Shown here in pieces: positions 38,649 through 48,835 of a DNA stretch of 64,000 bases. The notes beneath the pieces were generated by a model that was not told the origin of the DNA, did no database searches, and saw nothing but the letters and a program-made list of their open reading frames with translations. How positions within the stretch are numbered: position 1 is the first letter of the stretch; each line of letters starts with the position of its first letter. A program made the translations under genes and the position numbers. Source of the stretch: an uncultured Chloroflexia bacterium. Its GTDB lineage: Bacteria > Chloroflexota > Limnocylindria > Limnocylindrales > CSP1-4. The stretch covers positions 416,001-480,000 of the forward strand of contig CAVVJT010000010.1 of NCBI GenBank assembly GCA_963748625.1, read 5' to 3'.

Positions 38649-40549
38649 TTCCCCGCTCCCCCGCCCTGGAACGGGGCGCCCGGGATCATCAGGTAGCGCT
38701 GGCGGCCCTTGTTGCGGTCGAACTCCTCGCGCGCGGCGTTCACGGCCGGCATCTCGGACACCATCGGCGTCGCCATCTCCCACCAGGAGTTGGCGTAGCC
38801 CTTGACGCGCTCGTCCCAGTCCGTCTGGACGACGATGCACACGGTCTCGGTGCCGGAGCGGGCGTCGGCGAGGGCCGCGCGGAGCTCCGGGAGCGTGGTG
38901 ACCTCGAGCGCCTTCGCGCCCATGCCCTGGCACATCTTCACGAAGTCCAGCTGCATCACGGGGCCGTCGTACGCGCCCGACGGGCCGCGGTAGCGGTAGT
39001 GGCAGCCGAAGCCTTCGGCGCCAACCTGCTCGGACACCCGACCGACGCTGGAGTAGCCCTTGTTGTCCACGATCACGATCGTGAGCTTGAGGCCCTCCTG
39101 GACGGCGGTGGTGATCTCGTTGCTCATCATCTGGAACGAGCCGTCGCCGACCATGACGATGACTTCCCGGTCCGGCGCGGCGAGCTTCGCGCCCACGCCG
39201 CCGGCGATCTCGTAGCCCATCGTGGAGTAGCCGTACTCCACCTGGTAGGACTGCGGATCCCGGGAGCGCCAGAGCTTGAGCAGGTCGCCGGGCAGCGAGC
39301 CCGCCGACGTGACGACGACGTCGCGGGCGTCGGTGGACGCCTCGACCGCACCGATGACCTCGCCCTGGGTCAGGATCTCGCCCACGGAATGGTTGTAGAC
39401 GCGGGTGACCTCGGCGTCCCACTCGCGGTTGAGGGCGGCGACGCGCTCCCGGTATGCAGGCTCGGTCGAGTAGTCGCCCAGGGCCACCGCCAGCTCCTCG
39501 AGCGTCGCGCGCGCATCCCCGACCAGCGGGATCGCTGCGTGCTTGTAGGCGTCGAACTCGGCCACGTTGATGTTGATGAACCGGACGTCCGGCTCCTGGA
39601 ACGCAGTCTTGGACGCGGTCGGGAAGTCGGTGAACCGGGTCCCGATCCCGATGACCACGTCCGCCTCGGGCCCGATGACGTTGGCCGCGAGCGTGCCGGA
39701 CACGCCGGCCCCACCGAGGGCGAGCGGGTGGTCGTAGGGCATCGAGCCCTTGCCGGCGTGGGTCTCGGCGACCGGGATGCCGGTCTGCTCGGCGAAGGCG
39801 CGCAGGGCATCGGTGGCCTCGGAGTAGCGGACGCCGCCACCCGCGAAGATCACGGGGCGCTTCGCCTCGCGAATCCAGGCGGCAGCCGCCGCGAGGGAGT
39901 CCCGGTCCGGCCGGTTGCGCGGGATCGCCCACACACGCTTGCCGAACATCTCCACCGGGTAGTCGAACGCGTAGGTCTGGATGTCCTGCGGCAGGCCCAG
40001 GAACACGGCGCCCGTCTCGGCAGGCGAGGTGAGGATGCGCATCACCTCGGGCATGACGGTGATGACCTGCTCAGGGCGGTTGATGCGGTCCCAGTACCGG
40101 ACGACCGGGCGGAACGTGTCGTTCGCGCTGGTGTCCTGGCTGTGCTGCCACTCGAGCTGCTGGAGGACCGGGCTCTGGACGCGCTCGGCGAAGGCGTCGC
40201 CGGCCATCAGCAGGACGGGCACGTGGTTGATGGTCGCCGAGGCCGCGCCGGTGACCATGTTGGTCGCTCCCGGCCCGATGGAGGTGAGGCACGCGAACGC
40301 GCCCAGGCGGTTCTTGAGCTTGGCATAGCCGACGGCCGCGTGGACCATCGACTGCTCGTTGCGGGTCAGGTAGTACGGGAAGTCCGCCTCGGCCTGCTGG
40401 ATCGCCTGGGCGACGCCGCCGATGTTGCCGTGGCCGAAGATGCCCCAGAGCCCCGCGAAGAAGCGGTGCTCGACCCCGTCGCGCTCGACGTGCTGGACCG
40501 CCAGGTAGTTGATGATCGCCTGTCCCGTGGTGAGCCGGACCGTTGCCAC
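38645..40549 (-). CDS. iolD: 3D-(3,5/4)-trihydroxycyclohexane-1,2-dione acylhydrolase
   Basis: GIFGHGN, RNEQSM, SIGPGATNM, PVLQQLE, AGSLPGDL.KLW, EYGYSTMGYE, GDGS; GGAGG RBS. Confidence 0.93.
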   Translation of the reverse strand: MATVRLTTGQAIINYLAVQHVERDGVEHRFFAGLWGIFGHGNIGGVAQAIQQAEADFPYYLTRNEQSMVHAAVGYAKLKNRLGAFACLTSIGPGATNMVTGAASATINHVPVLLMAGDAFAERVQSPVLQQLEWQHSQDTSANDTFRPVVRYWDRINRPEQVITVMPEVMRILTSPAETGAVFLGLPQDIQTYAFDYPVEMFGKRVWAIPRNRPDRDSLAAAAAWIREAKRPVIFAGGGVRYSEATDALRAFAEQTGIPVAETHAGKGSMPYDHPLALGGAGVSGTLAANVIGPEADVVIGIGTRFTDFPTASKTAFQEPDVRFININVAEFDAYKHAAIPLVGDARATLEELAVALGDYSTEPAYRERVAALNREWDAEVTRVYNHSVGEILTQGEVIGAVEASTDARDVVVTSAGSLPGDLLKLWRSRDPQSYQVEYGYSTMGYEIAGGVGAKLAAPDREVIVMVGDGSFQMMSNEITTAVQEGLKLTIVIVDNKGYSSVGRVSEQVGAEGFGCHYRYRGPSGAYDGPVMQLDFVKMCQGMGAKALEVTTLPELRAALADARSGTETVCIVVQTDWDERVKGYANSWWEMATPMVSEMPAVNAAREEFDRNKGRQRYLMIPGAPFQGGGAGK

Positions 40550-40617
40550 GTCATGTCCTCCAGGTGTGTTGCGGAGTTGGCGGGAAGTCGAGGGCTGGAG
40601 CGCTGGGATGGTGGTCG

Positions 40618-41382
40618 CTAGGCCGAACGCGCCGTTGCCAGCGCCAGCGAGAGCCGGCGGGCGACGTCGACCACGTGGGCCGCGGCCTCCGGCACGCGCT
40701 CGAGGGTGAGCCGGACGCTGGGTGCGTCGATGCCGATGCAGCCGACCGGGACGCCGCCCGGACCGAACACCGGCGCCGAGATGCAGCGGGTGTGGGCGTC
40801 GTTCTCCTCGTCGTCGAACGCGTACCCGAGCGTCCGGGTCGTCTCGAGGTGGGCGCGCAGGGCGGCCCGCGTCGTGATGGTCCTGGGCGTCCGTCCGGGC
40901 AGCGAGGCCGGGATCGCCACGAGGTCCCATGCGAGCAGCGCCTTGCCGGCGGAGGTGCAGTGCAGCGCCACGTGGCGCCCGCTGGTGGGCACGACGCGCA
41001 GGGGGTTGTCCGTCTCGACATCGTCGATGACGATGGCGCGGCCATTGTCCGGGACCGCCGCGTGGGCGCACTCCCCGGTCAGGTCCACGAGCTGCTCCAG
41101 GAACGGACGGGCGGCGCGGCGCAGGCGCTGGGTGCTGATCGACAGCACGGTGTCGCGGCGCATCGCCGGCCCTAGGACGAACCCGTGACCGTCCGCGGGC
41201 AGCGCGTACCCTGACGCCACGAGCGTCTGCACGAGCCGCAGTGCCGTTGACTTGTGCACGTCCAGCTCGGCAGCGAGGGCCGCGAGGGGCACGCCACGCC
41301 CCCGGCGCATGGGATCCGCGTCGGCCTCGGCCAGCGAGTCAAGGATGCGCAGGCCGCGTTCGAGCGACTGGATGGTGGTCAT
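40618..41382 (-). CDS. IclR family transcriptional regulator
   Basis: IQSLERGLRIL, KSTALRL, HCTSAGKALL, GYAFDDEE, CISAPV. Confidence 0.93.
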   Translation of the reverse strand: MTTIQSLERGLRILDSLAEADADPMRRGRGVPLAALAAELDVHKSTALRLVQTLVASGYALPADGHGFVLGPAMRRDTVLSISTQRLRRAARPFLEQLVDLTGECAHAAVPDNGRAIVIDDVETDNPLRVVPTSGRHVALHCTSAGKALLAWDLVAIPASLPGRTPRTITTRAALRAHLETTRTLGYAFDDEENDAHTRCISAPVFGPGGVPVGCIGIDAPSVRLTLERVPEAAAHVVDVARRLSLALATARSA

Positions 41383-41389
41383 GCCGCGG

Positions 41390-41418
41390 AGCGTAGTCCG
41401 CAACCATCGGGGCGTCAA
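41390..41418 (-). promoter_or_regulatory. Sigma70-type promoter of leaderless IclR gene
   Basis: Minus strand TTGACG-N17-TACGCT-N7-ATG. Confidence 0.65.
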
Positions 41419-41524
41419 GGTGCGTTCTGCGCAACCATCGGCTTCCTCGCCGGGCCAGCCGGGCTCGCCGGGCCAGCCCCCGGCGGATCGCTCCACCGGG
41501 GGCCTCGCTCGATGACAAGGAAGG

Positions 41525-42553
41525 CTACGCGGTGACCTCGTCAAGCTTGACGGGCCGGTTCTCGCGCCAGCTGCGGGTGCAGGCGACGGCGAGGCGAAGG
41601 GTCTCGTAGGCGTCGTCCGGGCCCGGGCCCACCGGCTTGCCGGCGCCCAGGTTCTCGAAGAAGACCTCCAGCTCGCGGCGGTAGGCCACCTCGAAGCGGT
41701 CCATGAAGTCGCCGTAGAGGTCGCTCTCGGTGGCGACGTCGCGGAAGTGCGTGGCCGGGGTCTTGCGCTCGCCGTCCACGACGACCTTGCCGATCGCGCC
41801 CGCAACCTCTGCCCGGATGTCGTAGCCCCACTTGCTGTGACGGGCCGTCTCGACGACGCCCAGGGCGCCGTTGCGGAACTTCATCATGATCACGGACGTG
41901 TCCCAGTCGTCCGCCTTGGCGAAGCGCTCGTCGAACAGCACTGAGGCCCAGGCATGGACCTCCTCCACCTCCCCCACGAGGAAGCGGGCGACGTCGAGGT
42001 CATGGACGGACATGTCGAGGAACGAGCCGCCGCAGGTGAGCAGGAACTCGAGCGGGGGCGGGTTGGTGTCGCGGGAGAGGGCGCGGAACTGCTCGATGCG
42101 GCCGAGCTCGCCCGAGTCGATCAGCTGCTTGGCCCGCTCGTAGCCGGGGTCGAACCGGCGCATGAAGCCGACCTGGACCGGCAGCCCGGTCTCCTTCCAG
42201 AGCTCGACGATCTTCGCGGTGTCGGAGAGCTCCTGGGCGATCGGCTTCTCGGTCCAGACCGCCTTGCCGGCGCGCAATGCCGCCTCGATGTGGGTGGCGT
42301 GCATCGTGGTCGGCGTGTTGATGACCACCGCCTCGACGTCGGGGTCGTTGATGGCGTCGATCGGGTCGAGCGTGGCGCGCCTCGCGTTGGCAAGCACGCG
42401 GCCGGCCTCGGCAACCTCCGCGATGGGATCCGCGACCACGATGACGTTGGCGTTCGGGATCGTGCCCAGGTTGCGCACATGGACGCGGCCCATGCGCCCG
42501 GCGCCCAGCACCGCGACGCCGATGTTGTTGGGATCGCGCAGTGTGAAGCCCAT
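41525..42553 (-). CDS. Inositol 2-dehydrogenase-like Gfo/Idh/MocA protein
   Basis: GAGRMG, EKP, GFMRRFDP, SRD, DMSVHD, GYDIRAE. Confidence 0.88.
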   Translation of the reverse strand: MGFTLRDPNNIGVAVLGAGRMGRVHVRNLGTIPNANVIVVADPIAEVAEAGRVLANARRATLDPIDAINDPDVEAVVINTPTTMHATHIEAALRAGKAVWTEKPIAQELSDTAKIVELWKETGLPVQVGFMRRFDPGYERAKQLIDSGELGRIEQFRALSRDTNPPPLEFLLTCGGSFLDMSVHDLDVARFLVGEVEEVHAWASVLFDERFAKADDWDTSVIMMKFRNGALGVVETARHSKWGYDIRAEVAGAIGKVVVDGERKTPATHFRDVATESDLYGDFMDRFEVAYRRELEVFFENLGAGKPVGPGPDDAYETLRLAVACTRSWRENRPVKLDEVTA

Positions 42554-42596
42554 CAGTCCTCCTTGGCGGGCCATGGATGGCCCGCGTCTTCCACGA

Positions 42597-43523
42597 CTAG
42601 GTCCAGAGCGCCCGCACCCGGGCTGCGACCTTCTCGGGCGTGAGCCCGTGCTTGTCGAGCAGCCAGGCGTTGGGTGCCGATTCGATCCAGGTGTCCTCGA
42701 TCCCGATGCGCAGCACCGGGCGCGGATCGGCGCCAGTGACGATCTCCGCCACCAGGCCGCCGAGCCCGCCCACGATCGAGTGCTCCTCGGTGGTGACCAC
42801 GATCGGCACGTTCGCGCACGCAGCGGCGATCGCCTCCGCGTCCACCGGCTTGATGGTCGGGACGTGCATCACGCCGACCGAGATCCCCTCCTGGCCGAGC
42901 AGCTCGGCGGCCGCGAGCGTGCGGGCGGTCTGCTGGCCGGTCGAGATGAGCAGCGCCTCCGTCCCCTCGCGGAGCAGGAGCACGCGCCCCGGCTCGAAGA
43001 CGTACTCCGGCCCGAAGACGTCCGGCCCGGACTCGCGGTCGAGGCGGAGCCACACGGGCCCCTCGTACGTGGTGGCCCAGCGGGTCATCGCGGCAACCTC
43101 GGACGCGTCTGCCGGGCAGAGCATCGTCATCCCGGGCAGCGCCCGCACGATGGCGATGTCGGCGATGTCCACGTGCGTCTTGCCGCCGTAGCCCGCCTTG
43201 ATGCCGGTGTAGGCCGCGCCGATCTTGACGTTGGCGTGGGTCTGGGCGACCGACATGCGCACCTGGTCGAGCGCCCGGTTCGAGAAGAAGATCCCGAACG
43301 AGCTGAGCCAGGGCACGAACCCCTCGAACGAGAGCCCGGCCGCGACGGAGACCATGTTCTGCTCGGCGATGCCCATCTGGAGGAACCGGTCCGGGTAGGC
43401 GGCCTCGAACTTGGCCGCCTGCGTGGAGGAGGCGAGATCCGCGTCGAGCACGAGCAGGTCCGGGTTCTCCGCGGCGATCTCGATGAGCGTCTCCGCCCAG
43501 ACCTCGCGCTGTGCCTTGCTCAT
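42597..43523 (-). CDS. Split transketolase, C-terminal subunit
   Basis: DADLASST, GIAEQNM, DQVRM, G.TH, TIKPVD, EEHSIVGGLG. Confidence 0.93.
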   Translation of the reverse strand: MSKAQREVWAETLIEIAAENPDLLVLDADLASSTQAAKFEAAYPDRFLQMGIAEQNMVSVAAGLSFEGFVPWLSSFGIFFSNRALDQVRMSVAQTHANVKIGAAYTGIKAGYGGKTHVDIADIAIVRALPGMTMLCPADASEVAAMTRWATTYEGPVWLRLDRESGPDVFGPEYVFEPGRVLLLREGTEALLISTGQQTARTLAAAELLGQEGISVGVMHVPTIKPVDAEAIAAACANVPIVVTTEEHSIVGGLGGLVAEIVTGADPRPVLRIGIEDTWIESAPNAWLLDKHGLTPEKVAARVRALWT

Positions 43524-44461
43524 GCCTGGGCCTCCCCGCCGGCAGCGGTGGCGTCGGCCCCGAGCAGCTCGGCGCGGAAGGCGGCGTGCTCATCGGGCCC
43601 GGGTGCGCGGGCATGCCACTCGGCGCGGCCTTCGGTCGCTGCGAGTCCCTTCCCCTTCTGGGTGCGGGCCAGGATCATCGTGGGCGTGGTGCCCGAGCCC
43701 GCGGCCCGTGCGTCGTCACAGGCACCCACGATCTGGCCCATGTCGTGCCCGTCGATCTCCAGCACTCGCCAGCCGAAGGCGGTGAAGGCTGCCCGGAGGT
43801 CCACGCCGGCCCACGGATCACGCCGGCTCCCCCGGTGCTCCTCGTCCTCGCCGAGACGCCAGCCGTACTGCTGCATCCCGTTCCAGTCGAGGATCGCGGT
43901 CAGGTTGCCGGCCCCGTAGCGCGGCGCCACGTGGATCGTCTCCCAGACCTGGCCCTCCTGCGTCTCCCCGTCGCCGAGCATCGCGAAGACGTGCGCGGGG
44001 TTGCCCCGCCGACGGAGGCCCATCGCGATACCGAGCGCCATCGAGAAGCCCTGGCCCAGCGAACCCACGGATGCGTCGATCCCGGGCGCCAGGTGCATGT
44101 CGGGGTGGCTCTGGAGACGGCTGTCGCCCGTGTCGAAGGTTGTGAGCTCCTCCTCGGGAAAGTAGCCGCGCATGGCGAGCACGGTATACAGCCCCACGCC
44201 CGAGTGGCCCTTCGAGAGCACGAAGCGGTCCCGCTCCGGCCAGTCGGGGCGCGCCGGGTCGATCCGCAGCACGTTGAAGTACAGCGCGACCAGCATGTCC
44301 ATGGCGGACAGCGGGCCGCCCATGTGCCCCGCCTGGGCGCGGGCGATGGTCTCCACGAGGAGCAGGCGGCCCCGCTTGGCGGTCGCCTCGAGCTCTGCGA
44401 CGTCGGCGGCGGTGAGGTTGGCGGTGCGGTTTGTGGTGCCGGTCGGTGCGGGCTCGCCCAT
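43520..44461 (-). CDS. Split transketolase, N-terminal ThDP-binding subunit
   Basis: GHMGG, RDRFVLSKGH, LQSHP, GSLGQG, GDGETQEG, TQKGKG. Confidence 0.93.
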   Translation of the reverse strand: MGEPAPTGTTNRTANLTAADVAELEATAKRGRLLLVETIARAQAGHMGGPLSAMDMLVALYFNVLRIDPARPDWPERDRFVLSKGHSGVGLYTVLAMRGYFPEEELTTFDTGDSRLQSHPDMHLAPGIDASVGSLGQGFSMALGIAMGLRRRGNPAHVFAMLGDGETQEGQVWETIHVAPRYGAGNLTAILDWNGMQQYGWRLGEDEEHRGSRRDPWAGVDLRAAFTAFGWRVLEIDGHDMGQIVGACDDARAAGSGTTPTMILARTQKGKGLAATEGRAEWHARAPGPDEHAAFRAELLGADATAAGGEAQA

Positions 44462-45354
44462 CAACCGACCGTCGCGCCGAGGCGCGAGAGCTGCGCCTCC
44501 AGCCACTCGCGGTTGACGCGGGCGACGTCCTTGGGATCGTCCGGGCGTGGTGTCCTGCTCCAGGACGAACCAGCCGTCGTAGCCCCGCTCGAGCAGTGCG
44601 GCGACGCACTCGGGGACCTGGGCGATCCCCTCCCCGAGCGCCGGGAAGATGAAGCCCTTCAGCGCCGGCCGAAGCACCAGGTCCTCGCCTTGGGCCTGCG
44701 CGAGCACCTGGCGCCGTCGACGTCCTTGAGGTGGATGTGCCGGACACGGTCCCCGTACGTGCCGAGCATCTCGAGGCTGTTGCCGCCGCCATAGGCCAGG
44801 TGGCCGATGTCAAGGCACCAGCCGACCTTCGCGGGATCGGTCTCGTCGAGGAACCGCTCGGTCTCGGCCTGGGTCTCCACGTACGTGCCCACGTGGTTGT
44901 GGAAGACGACGCTCATGCCCAGGGGCGCGATGCGGTCAGCGAGGTCGTGGAGGCCCTGCGCCAGGTTCTTCCACTGCTCGTCGGTGAGGCCGTTGGCCTC
45001 GTCCACGTGGCCGGCCTCGCCGCGGCGGCGGTCATCGCCGGCCTCGGCCGCGATCAGCAGCTTGCCGCCCGCCGCGTGGAGGCGGTTGGCGATGGTGAGG
45101 CCCCGCTCCATCGCCTCGTCGTAGCGGTCCTTGTCCCGGAACGGCAGCCCGACGAACGCACCAACCATCTCGAGCCCGCGCTTGTCGAGCTCGACCTTCA
45201 GCTCCTGCGGGTCCTCGGGCATGCCCGGACCCCACTCGGTGGCGTCATACCCGGCCTCGACGAACTCGTCCATCATCCGCTCGTAGGGCAGCCAGGCGCG
45301 GTACTCGGGGACGTCCGGGTTGTTCCAGTTGACGGGCGCGGTCGCGATGCGCAT
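44461..45354 (-). CDS. IolE-like TIM-barrel protein; two frameshifts (~44712, ~44540)
   Basis: MRIATAPVNWNN, HNHVGTYVE, LDIGH, HLKD, then LGEG...GWFVLEQD; reconstructed stop overlaps the transketolase ATG (TGATG). Confidence 0.8.
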
Positions 45355-45397
45355 CGGGGCTCCCTGGGTGGTCACGGGCGGTGGGTCCGCCCGTTGA

Positions 45398-45411
45398 TGT
45401 AAGCGCTTACA
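45398..45411. promoter_or_regulatory. Perfect LacI-type palindromic operator
   Basis: TGTAAGCGCTTACA between the divergent IolE-like operon and LacI gene. Confidence 0.85.
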
Positions 45412-45446
45412 ATCAGTTCCCGAACTGTAGTAGGCTGCGCGTCGGA

Positions 45447-46568
45447 ATGCAACCCGAATCGCGCATCGAGCACCCCGGCGACACGACCCGGCCGGACGCC
45501 GCCGATGGCCGCCGCCGTACCCGTGGCGCACGGTCGAGCGGCCAGATGACAATCGAGGAGGTCGCCGCCCTCGCCGGGGTGTCAATCGCCACGGTGTCGA
45601 GGGTCCTCACCAACCGCGTGGCGGTGCGGCCCGAGACCCGGCGCCGGGTCCTCGATGCCGTCGAGCAGCTGGGCTACGTCCCTTCGGGTCCGGCTCGGGC
45701 ACTCGCGGGCGGGCGCACCGGCATGCTGGGCCTGCTCATGACCGACCTCACCCAGCCCTTCTACACGGAGCTGGCGAACGCGATCGAGTCCGAGGCGCAG
45801 GCGCGCGGCTTCACGCTGATCCTGGCCAACGGTGCAGGTGACAGTGGCCGGGAGGCCGGGTACCTGGACCTGCTCGCCCAGCGGCGCGTGGACGGAATCC
45901 TGGTCGCCTCGCGCGGGGTCACCACCCGCCACATCGACTGGCTCCGGCACGCGCCGGTCGAGGTGGTGCTGGTCACCTGCGAGGCGCCGGGCGTGCCCCT
46001 GCCGGCGATCGTCGCGGCATCGCGTTCCGGGGCGGCGCTCGCGGCCGACCACGTCCTGGCGCTGGGCCACCGGCGGATCGCCGAGATCGCAGGCCCCGAG
46101 GTGAGTGCCTCGGCGCCGGAGCGCCACGCGGGGATCGTGGATGCCCTCGAGCGGGCAGGTGTCGCGGCGGCGGAGCTAGCGGTCGTCTCCTGCGACGGCG
46201 ACGTGGCCGGCGGGCGTGCTGCGGCGGAGGCCCTGCTGGGGCTCTCGCCGAGGCCCACGGCCATCCTCTGTTACAACGACCTGGTTGCTGTGGGCGCGCT
46301 GCACGCGATTGCCGCGGCGGGGCTGTCGGTGCCGCGCGACATCAGCGTGGTCGGCTTCGACGACATTCCCGTCGCCTCGATGGTGAGTCCGGCGCTCACG
46401 ACGGTGGCGCAGGCCGTCGGCGAGATGGCCCGCTGGTCCGTGGAGCGGATCGCGGCGCAGATCGCAGCGAACCACGGCGCTGGCGCAGTCGAGCCCCAGG
46501 GCGCGGTCCACATGCCCTGCCGGCTTGTTGTCCGCGACTCCACCGGGGCTCCGCCTCCTTCGACCTGA
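45447..46568 (+). CDS. LacI family transcriptional regulator (alternative start 45546)
   Basis: TIEEVAALAGVSIATVSR, GHRRIA, YNDLVAVG, SVVGFDD, LVVRDST. Confidence 0.93.
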   Translation: MQPESRIEHPGDTTRPDAADGRRRTRGARSSGQMTIEEVAALAGVSIATVSRVLTNRVAVRPETRRRVLDAVEQLGYVPSGPARALAGGRTGMLGLLMTDLTQPFYTELANAIESEAQARGFTLILANGAGDSGREAGYLDLLAQRRVDGILVASRGVTTRHIDWLRHAPVEVVLVTCEAPGVPLPAIVAASRSGAALAADHVLALGHRRIAEIAGPEVSASAPERHAGIVDALERAGVAAAELAVVSCDGDVAGGRAAAEALLGLSPRPTAILCYNDLVAVGALHAIAAAGLSVPRDISVVGFDDIPVASMVSPALTTVAQAVGEMARWSVERIAAQIAANHGAGAVEPQGAVHMPCRLVVRDSTGAPPPST

Positions 46569-46613
46569 GCGGCGTTCCGGGGTCCGCGTCTGCGTCCCGG
46601 GGTCCGCCCGATC

Positions 46614-46722
46614 CCCCAGATATGGGGCACTTTCCGTGTGTTCGCTCAGAGCCCACCCTCGAATCTGTCGTCTTGGCGGGTGAGCCACGAGGGCTGCCTG
46701 CCGAAACGCCCCACGGTTGGGG
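46614..46722 (+). repeat. Family A 109-bp element, copy 4 (solo)
   Basis: CCCCAGATATGGGG...TGAGCCACGAGGGC (offset 67)...CCCCACGGTTGGGG. Confidence 0.8.
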
Positions 46723-46810
46723 CGGGCCGCGCACAGCCACGAACCGGGCGGGCATGAACAGACCCGCCCGGCGCGAACGCCAGGCGGGCTCAGGAACGGC
46801 GAGAAAGGAA

Positions 46811-48697
46811 CTAGAGCAGCTCGGCGCGCTGCTTCGTCAGGTTGCCCTCGTACTTGACACGGGCGGCGTTGACCAGGTCGGATCCGGAGACCTCGGCCAC
46901 CGGGACGTCCCACCAGGTGTCGTAGCCGGGGGCGCGCTTGTCGGGCGAGACCGCGACGTGGATCACGGTGACGCCGTCATGGGCGCGGGCCTGCTCGATG
47001 GCGGCGCGGATCTCGTCCTCGGTGCCGGCGCGGAGACCGAGGGCCCCCATGGACTCCGCGTGCTTCGCGAAGTCGACCGGGATGTAGCCGCCCGACAGTC
47101 GGCCGGTCTTGCCGTCGCGGAACCGGAGCTCATTGCCGAACTGGGGCACGCCGCAGTTCCAGGCGAGGTCCTTGATGCACTGGTAGCCGTGGTTGTCGAA
47201 CACGATGATCGTGATCTTGAGGCCCTCGGCGACCGCGGTGACGATCTCGGAGTTGAGCATCAGGTACGTGCCATCCCCGATGGCGACGACCACCTCGCGG
47301 CCGGGCTCCGCCATGGCCACGCCGATACCGGCGGGAATCTCGTAGCCCATGCAGGAGAAGCCGTACTCGAGGTGGTAGGCCTTCGAGTCCTCGGGCCGCC
47401 AGAGCTTGAGCAGGTCACCCGGGAGCGACCCCGCCGCGCAGATCATGGTCGCGTGACCGCCAACAGCGTCGTTGACGATGCCAATGACTTCGGGCTGGGA
47501 GAGGTCGCCAGGCTCGCCGTTGGGAGCCCGGTGTTGCGAGACGATCTCGTCCCACTCGGACTTGAGCGCCGCCACCGTCTGGCGGTACTCCTGGCTCGAC
47601 CCGGTGGCGCCGGCCGCGGCAAGGCCCGCGCTGATCGCCTTGAGCGCCTCGCGCGCGTCGCCGATCAGCGGCAGCGAGCGCATCTTGTGGGCATCGAAGG
47701 CGTTGATGTTGATGCCCACGAACGCGACGTCCGGGTCCTGGAACGCGGATCGCGACGCCGTAACGAAGTCGCCCATGCGTGTGCCCACGCCGATGACGAG
47801 GTCGGCCTCCTTGGCCAGCCTGTTGGCGGCAAGGCCGCCCGCGGAACCGATCGGGCCGACGTTGTACGGGTGGTTCCAGGGGAGGACGCCCTTGCCGGCC
47901 TGGGACTCCGACACGGGGATGCCGTAGGTCGTCGCGAGGGTGTCGAGCACGGCCTCGGCACCGGCGTAGATCGCGCCGCCACCGGCAACGATGAGCGGGC
48001 GCTTGGCATTCCTGATGAGCTCCACGACCTCGTCGACCAGCTCAGCCTCGGGGCGGGGCCGGCGCACGCGCCAGACACGCTTCTCGAAGAAGCGCTCCGG
48101 CCAGTCGTAGACCTCGGCCTGGACGTCCTCGGGCAGGGAGACGGTCACGGCGCCGGTCTCGGCCGGGTCGGTCAGCACGCGGAACGCCTCAGGCAGGCTG
48201 GAGAGCAGCTGCTCGGGGCGGGAGATGCGGTCGAAGTAGCGCGACACCGGGCGGAAGGCGTCGGAGGCGGACACGTCGTGCTCGATCGGATGCTCGACCT
48301 GCTGGAGCACCGGGTCCACCAGGCGGTTTGCGAAGTAGTCGGACGGGAACAGGAGGACCGGCAGCCGGTTGACCGTGGCTGTGGCCGCGCCAGTGATCAT
48401 GTTGAGGGCGCCCGGGCCGATCGAGCTGGTGCAGGCGAAGGCACGCATGCGGTTGTTGTGCTTGGCGAAGGCCGTGGCGATGTGGACCTGGCCCTGCTCG
48501 TTCTGCGGGCGGTAGTACGGCATGGCGTACTCGTCACCGAGCTCCTCGAGCGCCTGGCCGAGACCTGCCACGTTGCCATGGCCGAAGATGCCCCAGACGC
48601 CGGCGATGAAGCGCTGCTCGACGCCATCGCGCTCCACGTACTGGGCGGCCAGGAAGCGGACGATCGCCTGCCCGACGGTCAGCCGTACGGTTCCCAC
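46811..48697 (-). CDS. iolD: Second trihydroxycyclohexane-1,2-dione acylhydrolase paralog
   Basis: GIFGHGNVAG, SSIGPGA.NM, AAGSLPGDL.KLW, YHLEYGFSCMGYEI, WWDVPVAEVS. Confidence 0.93.
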   Translation of the reverse strand: MGTVRLTVGQAIVRFLAAQYVERDGVEQRFIAGVWGIFGHGNVAGLGQALEELGDEYAMPYYRPQNEQGQVHIATAFAKHNNRMRAFACTSSIGPGALNMITGAATATVNRLPVLLFPSDYFANRLVDPVLQQVEHPIEHDVSASDAFRPVSRYFDRISRPEQLLSSLPEAFRVLTDPAETGAVTVSLPEDVQAEVYDWPERFFEKRVWRVRRPRPEAELVDEVVELIRNAKRPLIVAGGGAIYAGAEAVLDTLATTYGIPVSESQAGKGVLPWNHPYNVGPIGSAGGLAANRLAKEADLVIGVGTRMGDFVTASRSAFQDPDVAFVGININAFDAHKMRSLPLIGDAREALKAISAGLAAAGATGSSQEYRQTVAALKSEWDEIVSQHRAPNGEPGDLSQPEVIGIVNDAVGGHATMICAAGSLPGDLLKLWRPEDSKAYHLEYGFSCMGYEIPAGIGVAMAEPGREVVVAIGDGTYLMLNSEIVTAVAEGLKITIIVFDNHGYQCIKDLAWNCGVPQFGNELRFRDGKTGRLSGGYIPVDFAKHAESMGALGLRAGTEDEIRAAIEQARAHDGVTVIHVAVSPDKRAPGYDTWWDVPVAEVSGSDLVNAARVKYEGNLTKQRAELL

Positions 48698-48764
48698 TGA
48701 ACGCTCCTCTCGTGTGGGCTCGGGGTCCTATCTCTCCACGGCGCCCTGCCTGCGCACCCGCTGG

Positions 48765-48778
48765 TGCAATCGTTTACA
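48765..48778. promoter_or_regulatory. LacI-type operator upstream of the second iolD
   Basis: TGCAATCGTTTACA. Confidence 0.7.
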
Positions 48779-48835
48779 ACCTTACTCTGTGACCGCCAGC
48801 GACGACAAGGCCCAACTGGAACGGCGCGTGCTGGT

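Noticed and set aside
27718-46722. 109-bp elements as integron attC sites or IS ends
   Set aside because: No RYYYAAC/GTTRRRY core pair, no integrase or transposase in the window, and no clear target-site duplications.
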